Assembly: GCF_964204645.1 (NCBI RefSeq)
Contig: NC_134036.1
Span: 8,357,830-8,421,829 of the forward strand
DNA from: Tubulanus polymorphus
Lineage: Eukaryota; Animalia; Nemertea
Reading direction: 5' to 3'
Length of the DNA: 64,000 bases
The notes under the pieces were generated by a model. It was not told the origin of the DNA. It worked only from the letters and a program-made list of their open reading frames with translations, and did not search any database. Numbering within the stretch: the first letter of the stretch is position 1; each line of letters opens with the position of its first letter. This document shows, in pieces, positions 42,201-56,883 of this stretch. The position numbers and the translations under genes are program-made.

Positions 42201-42823
42201 TACCCGCAAAATCAGCTATCCCACCTATCCGTAACCATGCAACAGTAGGTCGATTGTTATATCTTATTAAGACAAGTTAATTTTTTTCTGTAATTGTAAA
42301 CATTGTATGACTTATAGAAGTCTCCCTTCATGTACCATACAAATGACTCCTCAATCCTTATATTATCACAACACTCCCTAAATGAGATATGTTCATTCTT
42401 TTACTCGGATATCAGTTAAGTTGTCATATTAACTGAATCATTTAAGTGAAAAGTTCATTTAGATTCAACTGAAATGCAGAAAAAAATCGAACACGAGAAC
42501 GAAAGTGTTAAAGTCATGTAGCAAATAACCTAAACACTTAAAACAATTATCTCAAATGAATCTGTGTAGAAACCTGGATATATATATTTTTGCGGTAATT
42601 GGGCAACGAGCATTGTTTCTGGAAACTGAATTTTCTCGAACTGTCCTGTGAGGCACAGTTCAGTCCTCGGTAACTTGGAAGACATACGTGAGTTTGCTTT
42701 TTTGTGCGCCTTTTGCGTTCTTTTCCTATTTGTGTAGGTTTTACTAAAAGTTCACACTATGCAAATATACGTTTTCACTTAAAAGTATATGTTTATTGAT
42801 TCATACACTCAAGTGTGAAAAGA

Positions 42824-43073
42824 AGTAATGGGAAAGTTAGGGTTCCGAGCTAAAGGACGAACGAGTCCTACCCGGTCTTCGCTTACCCATTTTTTTAAAT
42901 TGATTAAAATTTAACAATAATTAGATAAAAATGCACCTAAACCACTAGCTTGTTAATCTAGTGTTTTTTTTCATCTAATTCTTGTTAAATTCAATTTAAT
43001 TTTAAAAAGTGAGTTCGAATTGGTAGGACCCGTCCTTCGTCCTTTGGGCCGAGACCCTAAGTTTCCCATTACT
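42824..43073. mobile_element. Fold-back MITE (~250 bp)
   Basis: AGTAATGGGAAA.TTAGGGT pairs with ACCCTAAGTTTCCCATTACT. The arms pair over about 110 bp. Confidence 0.8.
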
Positions 43074-46000
43074 GAAATACCAGGTGAACTCATCGATTAT
43101 GCGATTCGGTAAAGAAGCGCGATATCCTGACATAATGTAGTAGTATGCATATAAATAGATACTGATCATCTGCACTTCACACGTGAGACTTTCCGGATAC
43201 ATTTCAAATAACAAAATGAACGAAGAACACTGCACAGAAATGTTACTTAGATAAACTTTTAAAACTGATCTTCATAATAATTATATTATTCGTGCTATAT
43301 ATTCGACTTATAACGCGTTCTCAAATGTTTTGATACTTTCTCAGTTTGTATCAAAAATATTGCTGATTTTAGGTCCTGAAAGTCCTGAAAAATGATAAAT
43401 TTACAGTGTAAAATCGTACAAACGTGTCATCTATACCACAAAACACTTTATTTCCTGACCAATTTATGATGTTTTGTGTGGGCCATAAACCTCAATATCT
43501 GCCTGTGATCTCAACTTTCAATTAAGATTACGTAAGCTACTCGTGCCCAAAACGCGGCAGGCGCACAATAGAAAGTTACGCGCAGGGTACTTTTATTGTC
43601 GCCGACATAGAGGACCGATATTTTGCTAATTGGATTCGGGAGGTTTAAACCTCCCAAGGTCAATTTACTAAAATTGTGACCTTCAGGGAGATTCTACGAA
43701 GTTGTAAAGTTGTAAATTACTTAAAACCGAAAGAAAATCCCATTATTGGATCGAGTTTTTCCTAATTACACGAATTACTAGAAATATCTAATAATGAAAT
43801 GTATACACAATACCAATAAGAACAACCTGATTTGATTCTGTTCGGAATTCATTCCTATATTTTCGTCATAAAAATCGGAGGCAGTATTTCTCATTGATTT
43901 TTTCAATAGCGTCATTTCAGCCATGGACTGTAAAAAAACGTTACTGATTCCATGGTTAAGCTCGTTTTCGAGTCAAATATTGCATTTGATTCATTTCTCG
44001 TTGTGGTTTTGTCAAAGCTATATTTTCACAGTCCGATCAGTAATACAAATAGCTAGTCAGTTACCAACGGTATAGCCAATAATCTACAGAACCACCCGAA
44101 TAGCGAAAATTAGCAAATTGTACCAGTGATACCAGTTTTTGTCATGATTTTATCGAACATGTCATTCAATAATCGATGTGATCGGGTAAAACCTCGCCCC
44201 ATAAAGGTCCCTTTCAGTAAAAATCCCCTAGTTAAATATACCCCAAGGTAAAGGCCCCTGGTAAAAAACCCGAATAAAGATTTTTCAGTGTCTAGTTGGA
44301 TGTTCTTTTCTTGTTCCTCTGTATACCTGTATACCTTCTCTATCAGATAGAAATGTTGTTAACTGCAACTATCCGTTAATCAAACTGTTGAATTATTTTT
44401 GATAATCGGGAGTGATGAAAAGTTAGGAATGAAAATTAACGGTTTAGCTACTTATATTTAGTTTAAAATCATGTGTTCTGCTTTAACAAATGCACTGTTG
44501 TATCTAAAAATATTATTTTACCCGAGTGCCTCAATCAGGGCTACATCAACAGTCCATCTCACTGATTATTTCATCACAGATAATCACCAGCCATTGAAAT
44601 GTTTAATCCTCATACAATACAATACAATTATCTCAAATCTAAATTTCATGAGATAAATGCTCCTAGATTTCATAGGTTTTATTCCAACTGTTGCGACAGT
44701 CATATCAAAACTGGACTATTCATATCAATAGACGTTAAACTGGACTGTTAATATATGAAAAGTCTTTAAGGCCATATCATATATCTGAAGTGCGCTATGT
44801 TTTGCCTTGCAGTAATAATTTGATTTGTCACATGTTTACTCCATATCTTCATATAATTTCCAAATAAACGAATACATTTCCATTGTTATGTTAAATGACA
44901 TCAGCAAAAGCAAATAGACACAAACTACTAAACTACTGTGTTTAGGATGGTTTAAGAGATTGGACGCCGATTGATACGAAAACTAGATTTCATGCAATCA
45001 TTTTCTTTCTTTAAAATCGTTGCGAATTAACCCGCGAGTGTTCGACCCTGGACGAACAGTTAATGGAATTTTATCGGGTTAGTCTTTCTATAGCCGACTA
45101 GCTATTGAATACCAGTGATTAAACCATAAGTAAATAACGAAGTTACTTGGGATGTTTAATTAATTGATGACAATGTACAAGTAAAACCAGGCCTATCAGA
45201 CACCCGTAATGTAAAATGATATCATGCAAGATATTCATATAAGCGTATTTTAGTCCTGATTTGAATGAATGTACCCACATTTTAGGCAATGAATCGAGAC
45301 TTGGTTTTATCCCATAGCGTCAGCGCTAGTACATGCTTGAGATGAGATTGTTGGTTTATATTTTGAACTCTGTAAAGAAGTTTTGTACATTTAAGCGTGA
45401 ATGACGCACTGTGATGAACTATTGTGCGAAATAACATATTAAATTCAATAAACGAATCTTAATGTTCCAAAAGGAATAATAGTGTAGTTAAGTGTAGTTA
45501 AGATTAATAGTTGTTTTTTTTTTTCTTAATGAAAACCGATGATATAAAATAATTTAGCTTATTATCCCCAAAGTGAAAATCCCCCGGTAAAATATTCCCA
45601 ATATTTGATTTAACTAACATAAAATCAACACAATTTATTATGTTTAAAAAATTTCAACTCATAGATTCTAGATTTTATTGCACTTCTATTAACTGAAGAT
45701 GATAGTAATGATGTATAGATGTATAATATGATGACCGAACGTTTGATGAGGAATAACTACTGTGGTTAGATACAATTCTCATTCTTAGGATACGAATCGG
45801 TTGATTGAATTCGGTCATTTAAACTACTGGCTAATTTACAGTGGTCACTATTGAAACGATTAATTGAAGTGCCCTTGAAATCAAGATAGATTCCTGTTGC
45901 GTAAATTAACTAATTTTCAAGCGACCACCTTCTATTGTCGGAATTCGGTTAGCTCTTGGTTAGCCAGAAGTTTTACCATAAAGACTCAGACTAGATGATT

Positions 46001-46251
46001 GAATTAAATCTTTGAATCAAAATATTGTCACTGGAGTAAATATATATTCCTTATTACACTTTCAGCAGTGATCATATGTTAAATGTAAATTGAAGGTATT
46101 ACTGTCATCTAAAGTTAATAAGGTATTAGAATCGCAAAATTTAAGTTGTTCAAAACCAACATGAAAATGAGAAGAAAATACACAATATCCGTGTATGGTG
46201 AATAATGAGACAAATCTCACAATGAATTCAGCTAAAAATCAAATGTTCTAC

Positions 46252-46292
46252 GAGCAATGTTTCGGCTAATGCTATTAGCCATCATCAGGCCC
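46252..46292 (-). ncRNA. Minimal type I hammerhead ribozyme motif
   Basis: The reverse strand reads GGGC-CTGATGA-T-GGCTAAT(AGC)ATTAGCC-GAAA-CA-TT-GCTC. Confidence 0.65.
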
Positions 46293-47503
46293 CCGTCAAC
46301 ATGAACATATTGATACGTAAATCGAATCCATATCATAAGCATACTATACCACAAGTAAAAAAGAGTTATTTATTTCGAATTAAAAGATAGTATGAATAAA
46401 AATATGAAAATATAGTATGAATAAAAATATGAAAAGGTAGTATGAATAAAAAGTTCATTAATTTCATTTATTCTATGAATTTATTTAAAGATTTATTTCA
46501 ACAAAATAGTTCAATGCACAGTTCAAATATATTGCAGTTGTATTGTGGAGGAATATGTTTGAATAAATATCGTGCTTTCAAATGTTCTTGAAAAATCGTC
46601 AAGTGAGGATTTTACCTAGGGGATTTCTACCTACAACCATCTAAAATGCCCCAGGCTCTAAATCCAGTAGGTTTATGGCGAAAGGTTAAGATTAGGAATG
46701 TATTAGCAATATAATTTTTTGAAACAGTATTTTGTCTCCCGATGATTTGATTTGCAGGTCAGACTTATTGTTGACCAAAGTTCTTAAAGTGAATTGCTTT
46801 AAAGTAATAAATATCAATGAAACAATATCATAAATTTTGAAGTGAGTTATTTTGTAATAATCCAATTTAAGTGCACTCCGATGCATGCTAAATTCTTATA
46901 AATTCATTTATAAATTTAATTTATACATTTTCCCTCCTCACTTATTCATTCTATATTAGTTTTACTAATGAACATAACAGTGGCTTGTGCCTAATGTCAA
47001 TAAGCAGCGATTGGGTGCCGCCTCTCTGTGTTAATCTATCACGAAAGATTTAACTCGTTTAGAGCCGCTGAAAACGTATTTCTTTGCAGCCTAGAGTTTA
47101 TGCATACATGTTCTAAATCAAGACAATATGCTCTACCCGGTATATCAGAGCCTATACTAAAGCATGCACTCATAATTCGTTTAAGAGTCCGAGGCTTAAT
47201 TGTGAGAGTTGTTATACAATGAGTAATTAAATGGTGGGATTACAATGGGAGAGATCATTTCATCAGCCACATCGTTGCCCCAGGGAGTTAGTCATATTTG
47301 TTATAGCCAAAATACCTTGACCATGGACTCTAAAACGTTTTAATGTCTAAATCGTTTTAGAGTCCATGACTTGACAGAATATAGAAATTTGCCCAGAAAA
47401 AGTTATGTATATTTCAACAAAAAAGAATCAATAAAGACTTATATTATTTGAATTTAAATGAAGAGACGAGTAGTAGTTTAAAGGTTAACTATTTATTCCG
47501 ACG

Positions 47504-47544
47504 CACGAGCTTTCGCTTCTAATATATAGAAGCTTCAATGAGTG
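47504..47544 (-). ncRNA. Degenerate hammerhead ribozyme motif
   Basis: The reverse strand reads CAC-TCATTGAA-GCTTCTA(TATAT)TAGAAGC-GAAA-GC-TC-GTG, then AATAAA. The CUGANGA box is mutated. Confidence 0.4.
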
Positions 47545-50500
47545 AATTATTAGAATTGGTACATTTAGTAAATTTCGGAAACAAAACCTAGTCTTAAGAA
47601 CTACCAAGTTTCAAAGAATTTTGTTCCCTTATGATATTGAATGGTGTGAAATTGAAGTGTCCCTAATGAAATATCTTTATGTAAGTTCAACTAACTTACC
47701 CAGTTAGTGATGATAGTTGAATAATTAACAAAATAATAGTTGGAATATCGTTTAGGACAAATTAGGATTTTACCGGGTAAGTTTTTTCCTAATAGGCTAC
47801 CTTTTTGAAGAGCATGCATCCTGAGATACGAATACAAAAATTCGTTTGACGCTAAATGCAGAGTTTTCACGGTAGAAGATATTTGGACATCAATTAATCA
47901 CGTGCAGGGGATGAAATGACAATTTGTCACTGCTGAGCTTATTTTCCTTCACTGAACTTTTTCTAAGTTTTTTCAATATTCTCTAATCCGACAGTATATA
48001 CGCTGCGTACTAACTGTACACAATTTCGGGTTTGGGTTGTTTTTGAAAAAAAAACAGATACCCAGAAAATTGTAATTTTTGGGTTCTTGAAAACGGTCAA
48101 TATGTTAAAGCAGGTTAATGTAAAACCGCATAGAATAGCTACAATAAACAAGATGTATCCAGGAAAATATATATTTCAGAACACGATCGATTTCACTGAA
48201 TTTAGCCTCATCATGTAGGATAAAATGAACTTCTGTTGATATTGCGATTGTGCTGTCGTTAGCTGTCCCATAGCTTATTCGACTCGCTATCGAAAGTAAC
48301 AAAACAATGGTCACATGTGTCAATGAACTTATCGCTATTCGAAGTAATGTGCGTATTGAAAAATTTCTCAAGCACTTCGAATTTCCGATTGCTTAAACGC
48401 CAAATTTGCATTCGAAATATTAAGCCGATTTATTCTAATTCATACCTGGTCGTGTTATAAGCAATTCAAGCGTTTAGTTTGTACTTTAAAATAAAATGAA
48501 ATAGATTGATTGATGAAATACAAATCAAGTCAAACAAACTCAACTAACTGACTACTGCTGAGTTATTTGTATTTGATGAAAGAACATATTCTAGTTACTG
48601 ACATTGGCTCGAACCTTGATTATTGTCTAAGTTGTACTATAACTAACATGCCAATGAATGTGTACATGCGCCTCTCTGATTGGCTAGAATCCTTGCATTC
48701 GATAGAAACTGCCGGCATCAGTGAACTAACGGGGAAATTAGAATTGTATGTTTGACCACGGATTCTTCTTTATTGAGTCCATGGTTTTGGCTCTGGTTTT
48801 ATCGTGAGTTTGATTAACGTACATTGTAGAGAACAATGGTGGGGATTCGAATAACGTGCATCCTTTATTCAGAAAGAGTATCATTACGTATATACATATA
48901 GAAATTATTACAATAACTTTAATCAGAATTATCTCATCACGCAGAACCAGTGAAATAGCCGTTGTAAAGCCGCAAAGTAAATTGAATGAATGAGTAGTGC
49001 TCACGCATTTGTTTCCATTTCATAAGAATCAATTCCAAACAGATGAATCAGATTCGAATTTTTGCTTCTTCGTTATGCGAAGTTTTTTTTGTTTATATCG
49101 GGGACTCTTATATGATTTAGGTTTTAGAGTCGATGGTTATATGAATATCTTATGATTTCTCAACTTTCATCAAATACTTAGGAATGCCATTGAAAGATTT
49201 TCAAACCATTGAACGTTTGGGTAAAAGGTTCTGCTAAATTTGATTACCATCGGCTTTTTAGATAATTTCCACGAAGGTCACAATTTTAGTGATTTGACCT
49301 TGGGAGGTTTAAACCTCCCGAATCCAATTTGCGAAATATCGGTCCTCTTTGTCGGCGGTAATGAAAGAATACATAGAGCGAAGTTTCTATTGTGCGCCGG
49401 CCGCATTTTGTTCACGAATAGCTTACGTAATAAATTGAAAGTCGAGATCACAGGCGGATATAGCGCTCTATGGCCCACGCTCAATTCATAAACTGGTCCG
49501 CAAATAAAGTGTTTAGAAGTATAATTGACACGTTTGTACGATTTTGCGCTGTAAATTTATCATTTTTCAGGACTCAAGGACCAGAAATTGGCAATATTTT
49601 TGATACAAACTGAGAAAGTATCAAAACATTTGGGAACGTGTTTTATATGATTTAAGAAGTGGGTTGAGTCGATATCTTGCCCGGATTCACGGTATCGAGG
49701 GTTAAATTCTACTCAATATCCATTTCCCAATTTAGCCATTTTTTATTTCCACGGTTTCGAATAATTATTGATTTCGTCTGTCGCTGGTTTACGTGAACTC
49801 ACTCATCGATTCACGATGGCTGTTCGTCGAGCTTGAATATCAGTTACCGAAAGCTCAAGTGCAACAGCTGACTGACTGACGTTTCCACAGATCCACAGTT
49901 TAGAATCGTTATCGATTTCGTCCGTTCATTGATTCACGATGATTGATGCTGTAGAGCTGAAACTTCGGTAACCTGAACCTTAAGAGCAACAGGTGACGAT
50001 ATTCTACTGAAAGGTATTCCATCGGTTGAATATCTGACGACGTGTCATCGGTCATGTCGCATATGGTATGGTAAAATACGACGATATTGAGATGATAGAA
50101 TACATCTCACGATTCTCAGGACTGCATTTTCCGTACATATGCATAAGTAGGAAGATTATACCGTCTTCGACGGGTTGGTAGATATGAAGACTAATACATA
50201 TCAGCGTTTACGTGACAACAATAGTAATGCGCCTTATTTATCTGCTGCGGCTGTTGTTGCTGCTGCTGCTACTATTGAACGTAAAACTGTTTCCAACTCA
50301 AATCAATATTGACCAGTGATTTGAGTTGGATGAGTTGGAGTACTGGTAATGGATTAAGAAGTTTCAATTTGGACCAGTGATAAGTCATTAGTTGTTTGAA
50401 TTCAGTATCTGAGTTATAGACAATAGAAAATTAATTGAATCATTAGTTATGCGATATTACTTCGAATTCGGTAATAATCTGATGAAAATGTGATTCATTG

Positions 50501-52703
50501 AGTGCATTGCGAACTTGTCCCAGATTATTTTTTCGATAATTCGATTTTAAACGGATTTGAGTTAGGCTTACTGTATGGACATATTAATTTCATATTGTAT
50601 TGTGAAATGCATGAGTTCCGGGAAAATAGAGATGACGATTGAAATAGTTAATAATCATTGTGAATTATTAGTTCTAAGATTCGTATTTGATTTCAGGGGC
50701 AATCGTGTAAACAGATTTTGAAAAGTTAACCGATGAAGGATTTGAATTACTGCATAGAAATACGTATATTATCTGATATTACATATACTTCATATGCATG
50801 TATGAATACGTATGTCATATATTAGCAGAGCTGCCAACTGTTTCTGATTTTCAGCATGTTCGGTACTGTTTTGTCCGGTCGGCTATTTGACGTTGTTTTG
50901 TTTGTAGTGATACACCGGTCACAATCCTCTCCTTAGTCGTTGATAAATAAATGCGTTGATAGGTCGAGAGAACCTTACACTGTCCTGACTATTTTGGTCA
51001 TGTAGAATTTAGCCTTAATGATTCGCTTATCTAAAATTATTTGGGAAACTGATTTGCCAGACTAACTTTTCTTTTGCCAATCCTCTTGTCATGACGCGGA
51101 ATGAGGAATGAGGAAGAATCATTTTTCACCAGCCTGAATTATAGTCAGCGCTGATAGATTAAAGCATCAAACCACAACTTGTTTACTACATTGTTTGCAG
51201 TCTGACACCCATTAACCACCAACGCATACAGGATATTATTCAACCTAACAAACATTTTCTAGCTACTACGAAATCTTGCTGCGGACCAGTATATAGACAT
51301 GTATGTAAAACGAAAAATTACCCTGGACAAAGTTTCAATGAATATTCGAGGAGTAACCGGTTGATTCACATGATAAACGTTCGTGTAGAAAAGTACATTT
51401 ATCTCATCTGATGTGACATTCGGAACCGAAAACATTTTCTAGGGTTTTCACAATGGTGTTTGAACATTGGTTCTAACGATTCAGTTTCAATTCGACTAAT
51501 TTGAACAAGATCCACGATAATTTAAATGATCAAAAAGATTTAAACAACAATCCAGTTCATCGGATATGTGAATTTTTGTTCTCATTTGGATTCCACACTT
51601 ATCGGGATGTTATTTTAATCTGAATCAAGTTGTTCGTCAGGTTGGTGTTATTGGAATTTGGGTCTAGTTCCATAGTTGTCATAGTGAGTTTGTCAGTTAT
51701 TTTGAATCGGGATCCAGTTCCACGAAATGGGTCGAATCTAAATACAATCCCACGGTTTAACTGGGTAACTGGATTCAGGATCCACAGTTTCAATGTATTG
51801 GTTTTACTCTGAGTCCCGTTCCACGGTAAAGAGCGTTATATTTTGAATCGGAATCCAGTTTCACTATATGCCCTCAAGTTGACTGTGAATCCAGTTCCCC
51901 AGTTATATAGGTCTAATGTGTCTCTGAAACAAGCCCGATCTTTAATTTAACATGGTTGAATGCGTTCCTTACTTAAATATGTAATTTTGGGTCCGGAATA
52001 TTCAGTTATTACATCAGACGAAAAAGTTTCATATTTCACCCGTTTCCACTCAGGATTGAAGCACTGACGTTAACACCGGGCGAGTTAATAATCCTGATCA
52101 GAAAAAAACAAATAGTGTATTGTTTATCTGAAGTGCAAAATTCACGAGAGAATATTCTGCATAAAGCTCCCTATATCGAACGCAGGAACCGAACTTTTAC
52201 ACGGAGGCAAAACGTAAGTAGATAACAAACGAAAATGACTAGTCACTGATCATACCGTCTAATATAGTATAGTTATAGTCTATGTATTGCTACACGGATT
52301 AAACAGTTTTAGCTGCGTAGACTTAAAATAATTGTTTTTGCTGCAACTGATTCAAATAACCGTTTTCAACATATGATTTGCGATTAGATAATAGGGGTCA
52401 AAGACCCAACCACGTGATTACAACAAATACAGCGTGTAGTTTATTTGATACCCAATTTTACATCCCAATAGTTACGTCCTTTACGTTTCGTATAACATCA
52501 CTGAAATCAGCAATACAGGAAACTCGTTACCATCGCTTTGCACTAAATGTATTATCAGTTTATTTTTTTCTGAAACAGCAATACGTTAACTTGTGTATTA
52601 TATCTGACGAAATGGGACTGAAGGCCTTTTTGCATACTGTCAGATTTTCAGTATTTGCGATTCCCCTAAATGCCAAATTGCTATTTTTTTTGCAGACGAT
52701 AAA

Positions 52704-53224
52704 ATGCTGTTATCTTTAATGACTCGCGTATGTGTTATTGTTGTTATGTTGGTCTGTGCGTCGTCACGTGCAGAAGGTAAGGAACTACTGGCGAGATAAT
52801 TCTCTACTTCAAAGGAAAATTAAATGATTAAATAAGGAGTCAAAATAAGCAGTACACATTAAGTATCATTATCGATGGCACGAATTAATCTCATTTCAAA
52901 GATAATATTTCATACTTTATTTTCTTCATACTTGATATATATTCAGACAAAAATCAGTGTGCAATAAATGTCGTCTTTAAACATGCACATGTCGTAAACA
53001 ACTGTAACGTTTGTTCGTCAACCCGACATGAAGGAGGGCTTTTATCCTTCTCATCGCCTGAATCCCAAATCTTGGGATGGAGTTTCAGTGAAAAAGTGTT
53101 TCCCTTCATCATTCAATTTTTGGTTTCGCGGTTTTTACACATAGGTTGCTTGGGAAAAGTCAGGTACTGTATCCACAGTTATGAGTGTTGCGACAACAAT
53201 TGCAAAACCGGGATTTGTTCCTAA
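52704..53224 (+). CDS. Secreted knottin/ICK toxin-like peptide 2 (50 aa): MLLSLMTRVCVIVVMLVCASSRAEG^CLGKVRYCIHSYECCDNNCKTGICS
   Basis: Exons 52704-52776 and 53145-53224. Phase-1 GTAAGG...CATAG intron. Upstream acceptor TTTTTGCAG ending 52695. Same Cys spacing as gene 1. AATAAA at 53364. Confidence 0.9.
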
Positions 53225-54420
53225 TTGTTGGTGAAAGGATTTAATTTGGAATATACTTTTCGTGGTTTGGAAAATTTCTGATAATAAAATGATACCAAAG
53301 TCAGCTTACAGACTGACTAGTAAAACGCTCGAGTTGGAATTATATTTGTAATTCAGTCGATAAAATAAAACTGGAATGCAATTTGTTTCAATCTCTCTAA
53401 TTGTTGGTTGATTGTTGCCAAACATATTCGTCACGGTGTTCAGATCTTTCTCTTTATATTTCCTTCCTTTTTTGCTGACATTGAAACAAGTTTAAGAGCG
53501 CTAATTACTCTTCAGATCATTCAAAGGGAACAACCAAGTCCATCACGATACAGAATCGCTAATTTGCTGTTTATCTTCATGCATTACAAGCCAATGTTAT
53601 TTTGTAGTAAATGGTCAAGGCTTTGATATGATATACGATTTTATGAGTTGGGCCGCTAAAGTTTTGCATCTACTTTTTGTTGATTATGCTACAAATTCTG
53701 ATGTTCAGTTGCAGTCGCTTAGTTTTTATAAACCTAAGCATAAAATCTTGAGGTGCTCTGTGAGGAAAATGATTTCTCTCAGAACACCTCAAATGAACTG
53801 TTCGATTTGTAGAAGGTTCGTGAACTTCGCTGAAAAAGCTGAAACACTGAAACGCTGAAAAAACGCTTACATTTCAGGGAATTTCCAACATTAAACGTTT
53901 TGTTATTTCCTTACGGGCCAGTGTCCGCTACGAGTCCTGAACCGTGCTTGAGTCTCTACCTAATTATCGGTTAATGATATTTATACCTAACTTAGTAAAC
54001 TCCAAAGATGAAGAACGAAAATTGGGATTCGACCTCAAAAACAATGGAGGGTGCGAGTTAAACGCTCTACCGACTGAGTAGCTGGAATTTTGTGTACATA
54101 AAATAACCGTAAATCATAGACACAAAATTCCAACACAAAGGAAAATAGATATAATAAAAAACGAGCGATTATCGAATAAGGTATATTACTGAAATTCTAT
54201 CAATGATTGCTCAGCTGGATATTGATTGAAACTCGTGTCGATATATAATCGACACGCACTCGTTCCTTTAAAATCGATCCACTCGCATCACTGTCTACGC
54301 TAACAGAACTTTACGTATATATCACATTTCGATCTCAGATGAGTTTATCATATTTGATGAGCTGTCGTATTTCAGAGTTTCTGAATATTAATTGTTCATA
54401 AGCTACTTCAATATTTTCGT

Positions 54421-54884
54421 TGATGCAGGGCCAACCCTACATGACCAAAACAGTCATGACAGTAAGGTTGCTGCTCCTTGCCAAAAGTCGAGCGGGAGAG
54501 TCGGTATTCTAAAGAATATAAAAGGGGCCCGCAGTCTTGGGAGAGTAGACACTCGATAGAAACTCGATAGACACTCGATAGATACTTGATAGAAACTTAA
54601 TTAGGACTTGATTCAGGACGGGTTACCAGCAGGAGAGTACAATAGGAACTTAGGGTTAGGAACTGGACTGTGTTTTAACTTGAAAGCTTAGATTACTTAT
54701 CAAGGTTCCCGTAAATAAAATTCGTTTTAATATTATTATATTCAGTCAAATTTCCAGCGTCCTAGATTTTACTTGGGTTTGTGAACGGACACGTTCTCTC
54801 GCCAGGGACCTATCAACGCATTTATCTATCAACGACTAAGGAGAGGATTGTGACCGGTGTATCACTACAAACAAGACAGCGTCA
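54421..54884 (+). mobile_element. Possible solo LTR
   Basis: TG...CA ends with weak inverted similarity, TATAAAAGGGG near 54517, short ACTCGATAGA repeats, AATAAA near 54714. No TSD found. Confidence 0.35.
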
Positions 54885-55028
54885 AATAGCCGACCGGAAC
54901 CCGCCAACCTGGGCATCTTTTCTACGATTTTACGTCTACATGATTAAATCCATTTCATTTCGCATTTTTCCACATATTTCACATGTCGCCTCTCCCTGGA
55001 CGTATATTACTACACTAATTATGCTCGT

Positions 55029-56000
55029 TGTGATCTGTATGCTGGCCACAAATGCAAACAGCTCACACACTACCCACTTCAACAGCCATCTACCCACAAC
55101 TTTGATATAACCATCCTATTAGCTAGTGTGTTTTCCCTGGGTTACCCGATGACTGGACACGCGCGTGTATAGTGAATTCACCGTATATCAGGAATTAATG
55201 CTCGAAACTGGTTCAATTCAAATCGAAACATGCATTATTTCATGATTTCATGATTTCAAAGACTGAGGACAATAACAGGACACAATAGGAACCGGTTCGA
55301 TCATGGACACGAGCACCAGTGGCTAGACGTATCGGCCCCACTCCGCTCGTTGGCGCCACCGCGCGGGATTTACGCGAAGCAGCAGAACACAAACACGGCC
55401 ACTCTCTCAATTTTCAATGATAGAAATCGTGTGTGCATTTCAATTATTTCGGCTGTTAGGGTTTTAAGGCACAATATAAGTTAATGATGTGATATGGCGA
55501 TGTTAATTAATGATAATTCCGCAGTGAAGCTAGTCACGAACGGTGCCGATTGAGTGTACAGCTGCCAAAAACACTGAAATGTATGTAGTTGCGTAACTAT
55601 TTGCAGTGAATTGCAGACGAAACATGAAGCCTTAACGGCCGTTTAAGAAAAATTTATACCAATCGCAATTGTAAAATAAAAATGAGATAGAACCTAAGTT
55701 AAAATTCCGGCCATTTCTAAAATGTTATTAATTATTATTGCTAATTTTTAGTCAGTGCGGAACCTTTACTTGGTAGGTAGTCATGCAATTCAAGTCATCA
55801 TTTATTACACGTTACTTCCGTGTTGTTGAAAATCTCGCGAGTCCTGGACTAAACCCCAATGAACAATGTGATCTGTGTGCTGGCCACAAATGCACACAGA
55901 TCACACTACACTACCCATTACACACTCCAGTACCCACAGCTTTCATATATCCATCCAAATATTTAGTGGCTTTCTTCCTGGATAATACCAGACTGACCCT
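55029..56000 (+). repeat. ~130-bp direct repeat pair (55029-55160 and 55867-56000)
   Basis: TGTGATCTGT.TGCTGGCCACAAATGCA.ACAG and CACTACCCA are shared. Confidence 0.75.
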
Positions 56001-56883
56001 GTTAATATTTTGACTTCAATATCCTAACTAAACTAATACAAGGCTGCCAACCTCTGAATAGGTGCTTTCAGGAACATTTTATTGAAATATGAAAGAAAAG
56101 CTCGAAAGGACTAGTGATCTATGGTAAGACCCTCAGTAGCATTTCAAATTTTTGTATGCATCAAACGATTCAAATCGGTCCTTCTTAGGACAAAACAGTA
56201 ACGAACATACTGAAACAGTTGGCAGTTCTGCTAATATATGAAGTTTATGTCGTATCAGATATTCTACCAGTCCTCGTTTACATGATACGTAAACGAGATG
56301 CGGATACATGATGCGGATCTAGGGACGGTGGGACGCGAGAGACCAGGGCCCCTCCCCCTATTAGTTCCGAACGCTTATTTTCCCGAATACTGTCGTGCCC
56401 CGGATTGAGAGTTGTGTTGCAATAATCTACTCATTTCCTCGGGAAATTGCATAATTGTGCGCATGGAATTTGTTGGCTGATGACCCCCAGATTCCCAACC
56501 TGTGTTTTTACGCCTAATACAAGACAGCCCTAGATCCGCCCCTGCGAAGGACTGACAGAGTAATCAGATGAGAAAAAGACAAAAGATGCTTATAGAATGT
56601 ATGATGTAATTAGATCAAATTTTGAATAAAGAGAATTTGACGCGTCGCGTGACAAGTCGATTGACGCGTCAAAAATGATATTCTAATTTTGGCAGTATTT
56701 CCATGCCATAACGGATTGATTAAAAATTGAAATTTAGTTACCTATTTATTTGATTTTCAGTTTATTCTTATATGAAATTTTTGGTAGTTACAAAATCTGA
56801 TTGCGTATCCATCAAGACATCTTGTTTGGATACTGATATAGAAAGAGAGGATGGTAAGCGAATCATAAGTAAGAAAAAATATG

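Larger units (their letters stand above)
43311..49643. mobile_element. ~6.3-kb element bounded by ~370-bp inverted repeats; no transposase recognised
   Basis: 43311-43684 is the reverse complement, with mismatches, of 49273-49643. Each arm holds the perfect palindrome GGGAGGTTTAAACCTCCC. Confidence 0.8.

Noticed and set aside
48105-48371. ORF with a hydrophobic N-terminus inside the 6.3-kb element
   Set aside because: Non-ATG start, no motif and no supporting exons.
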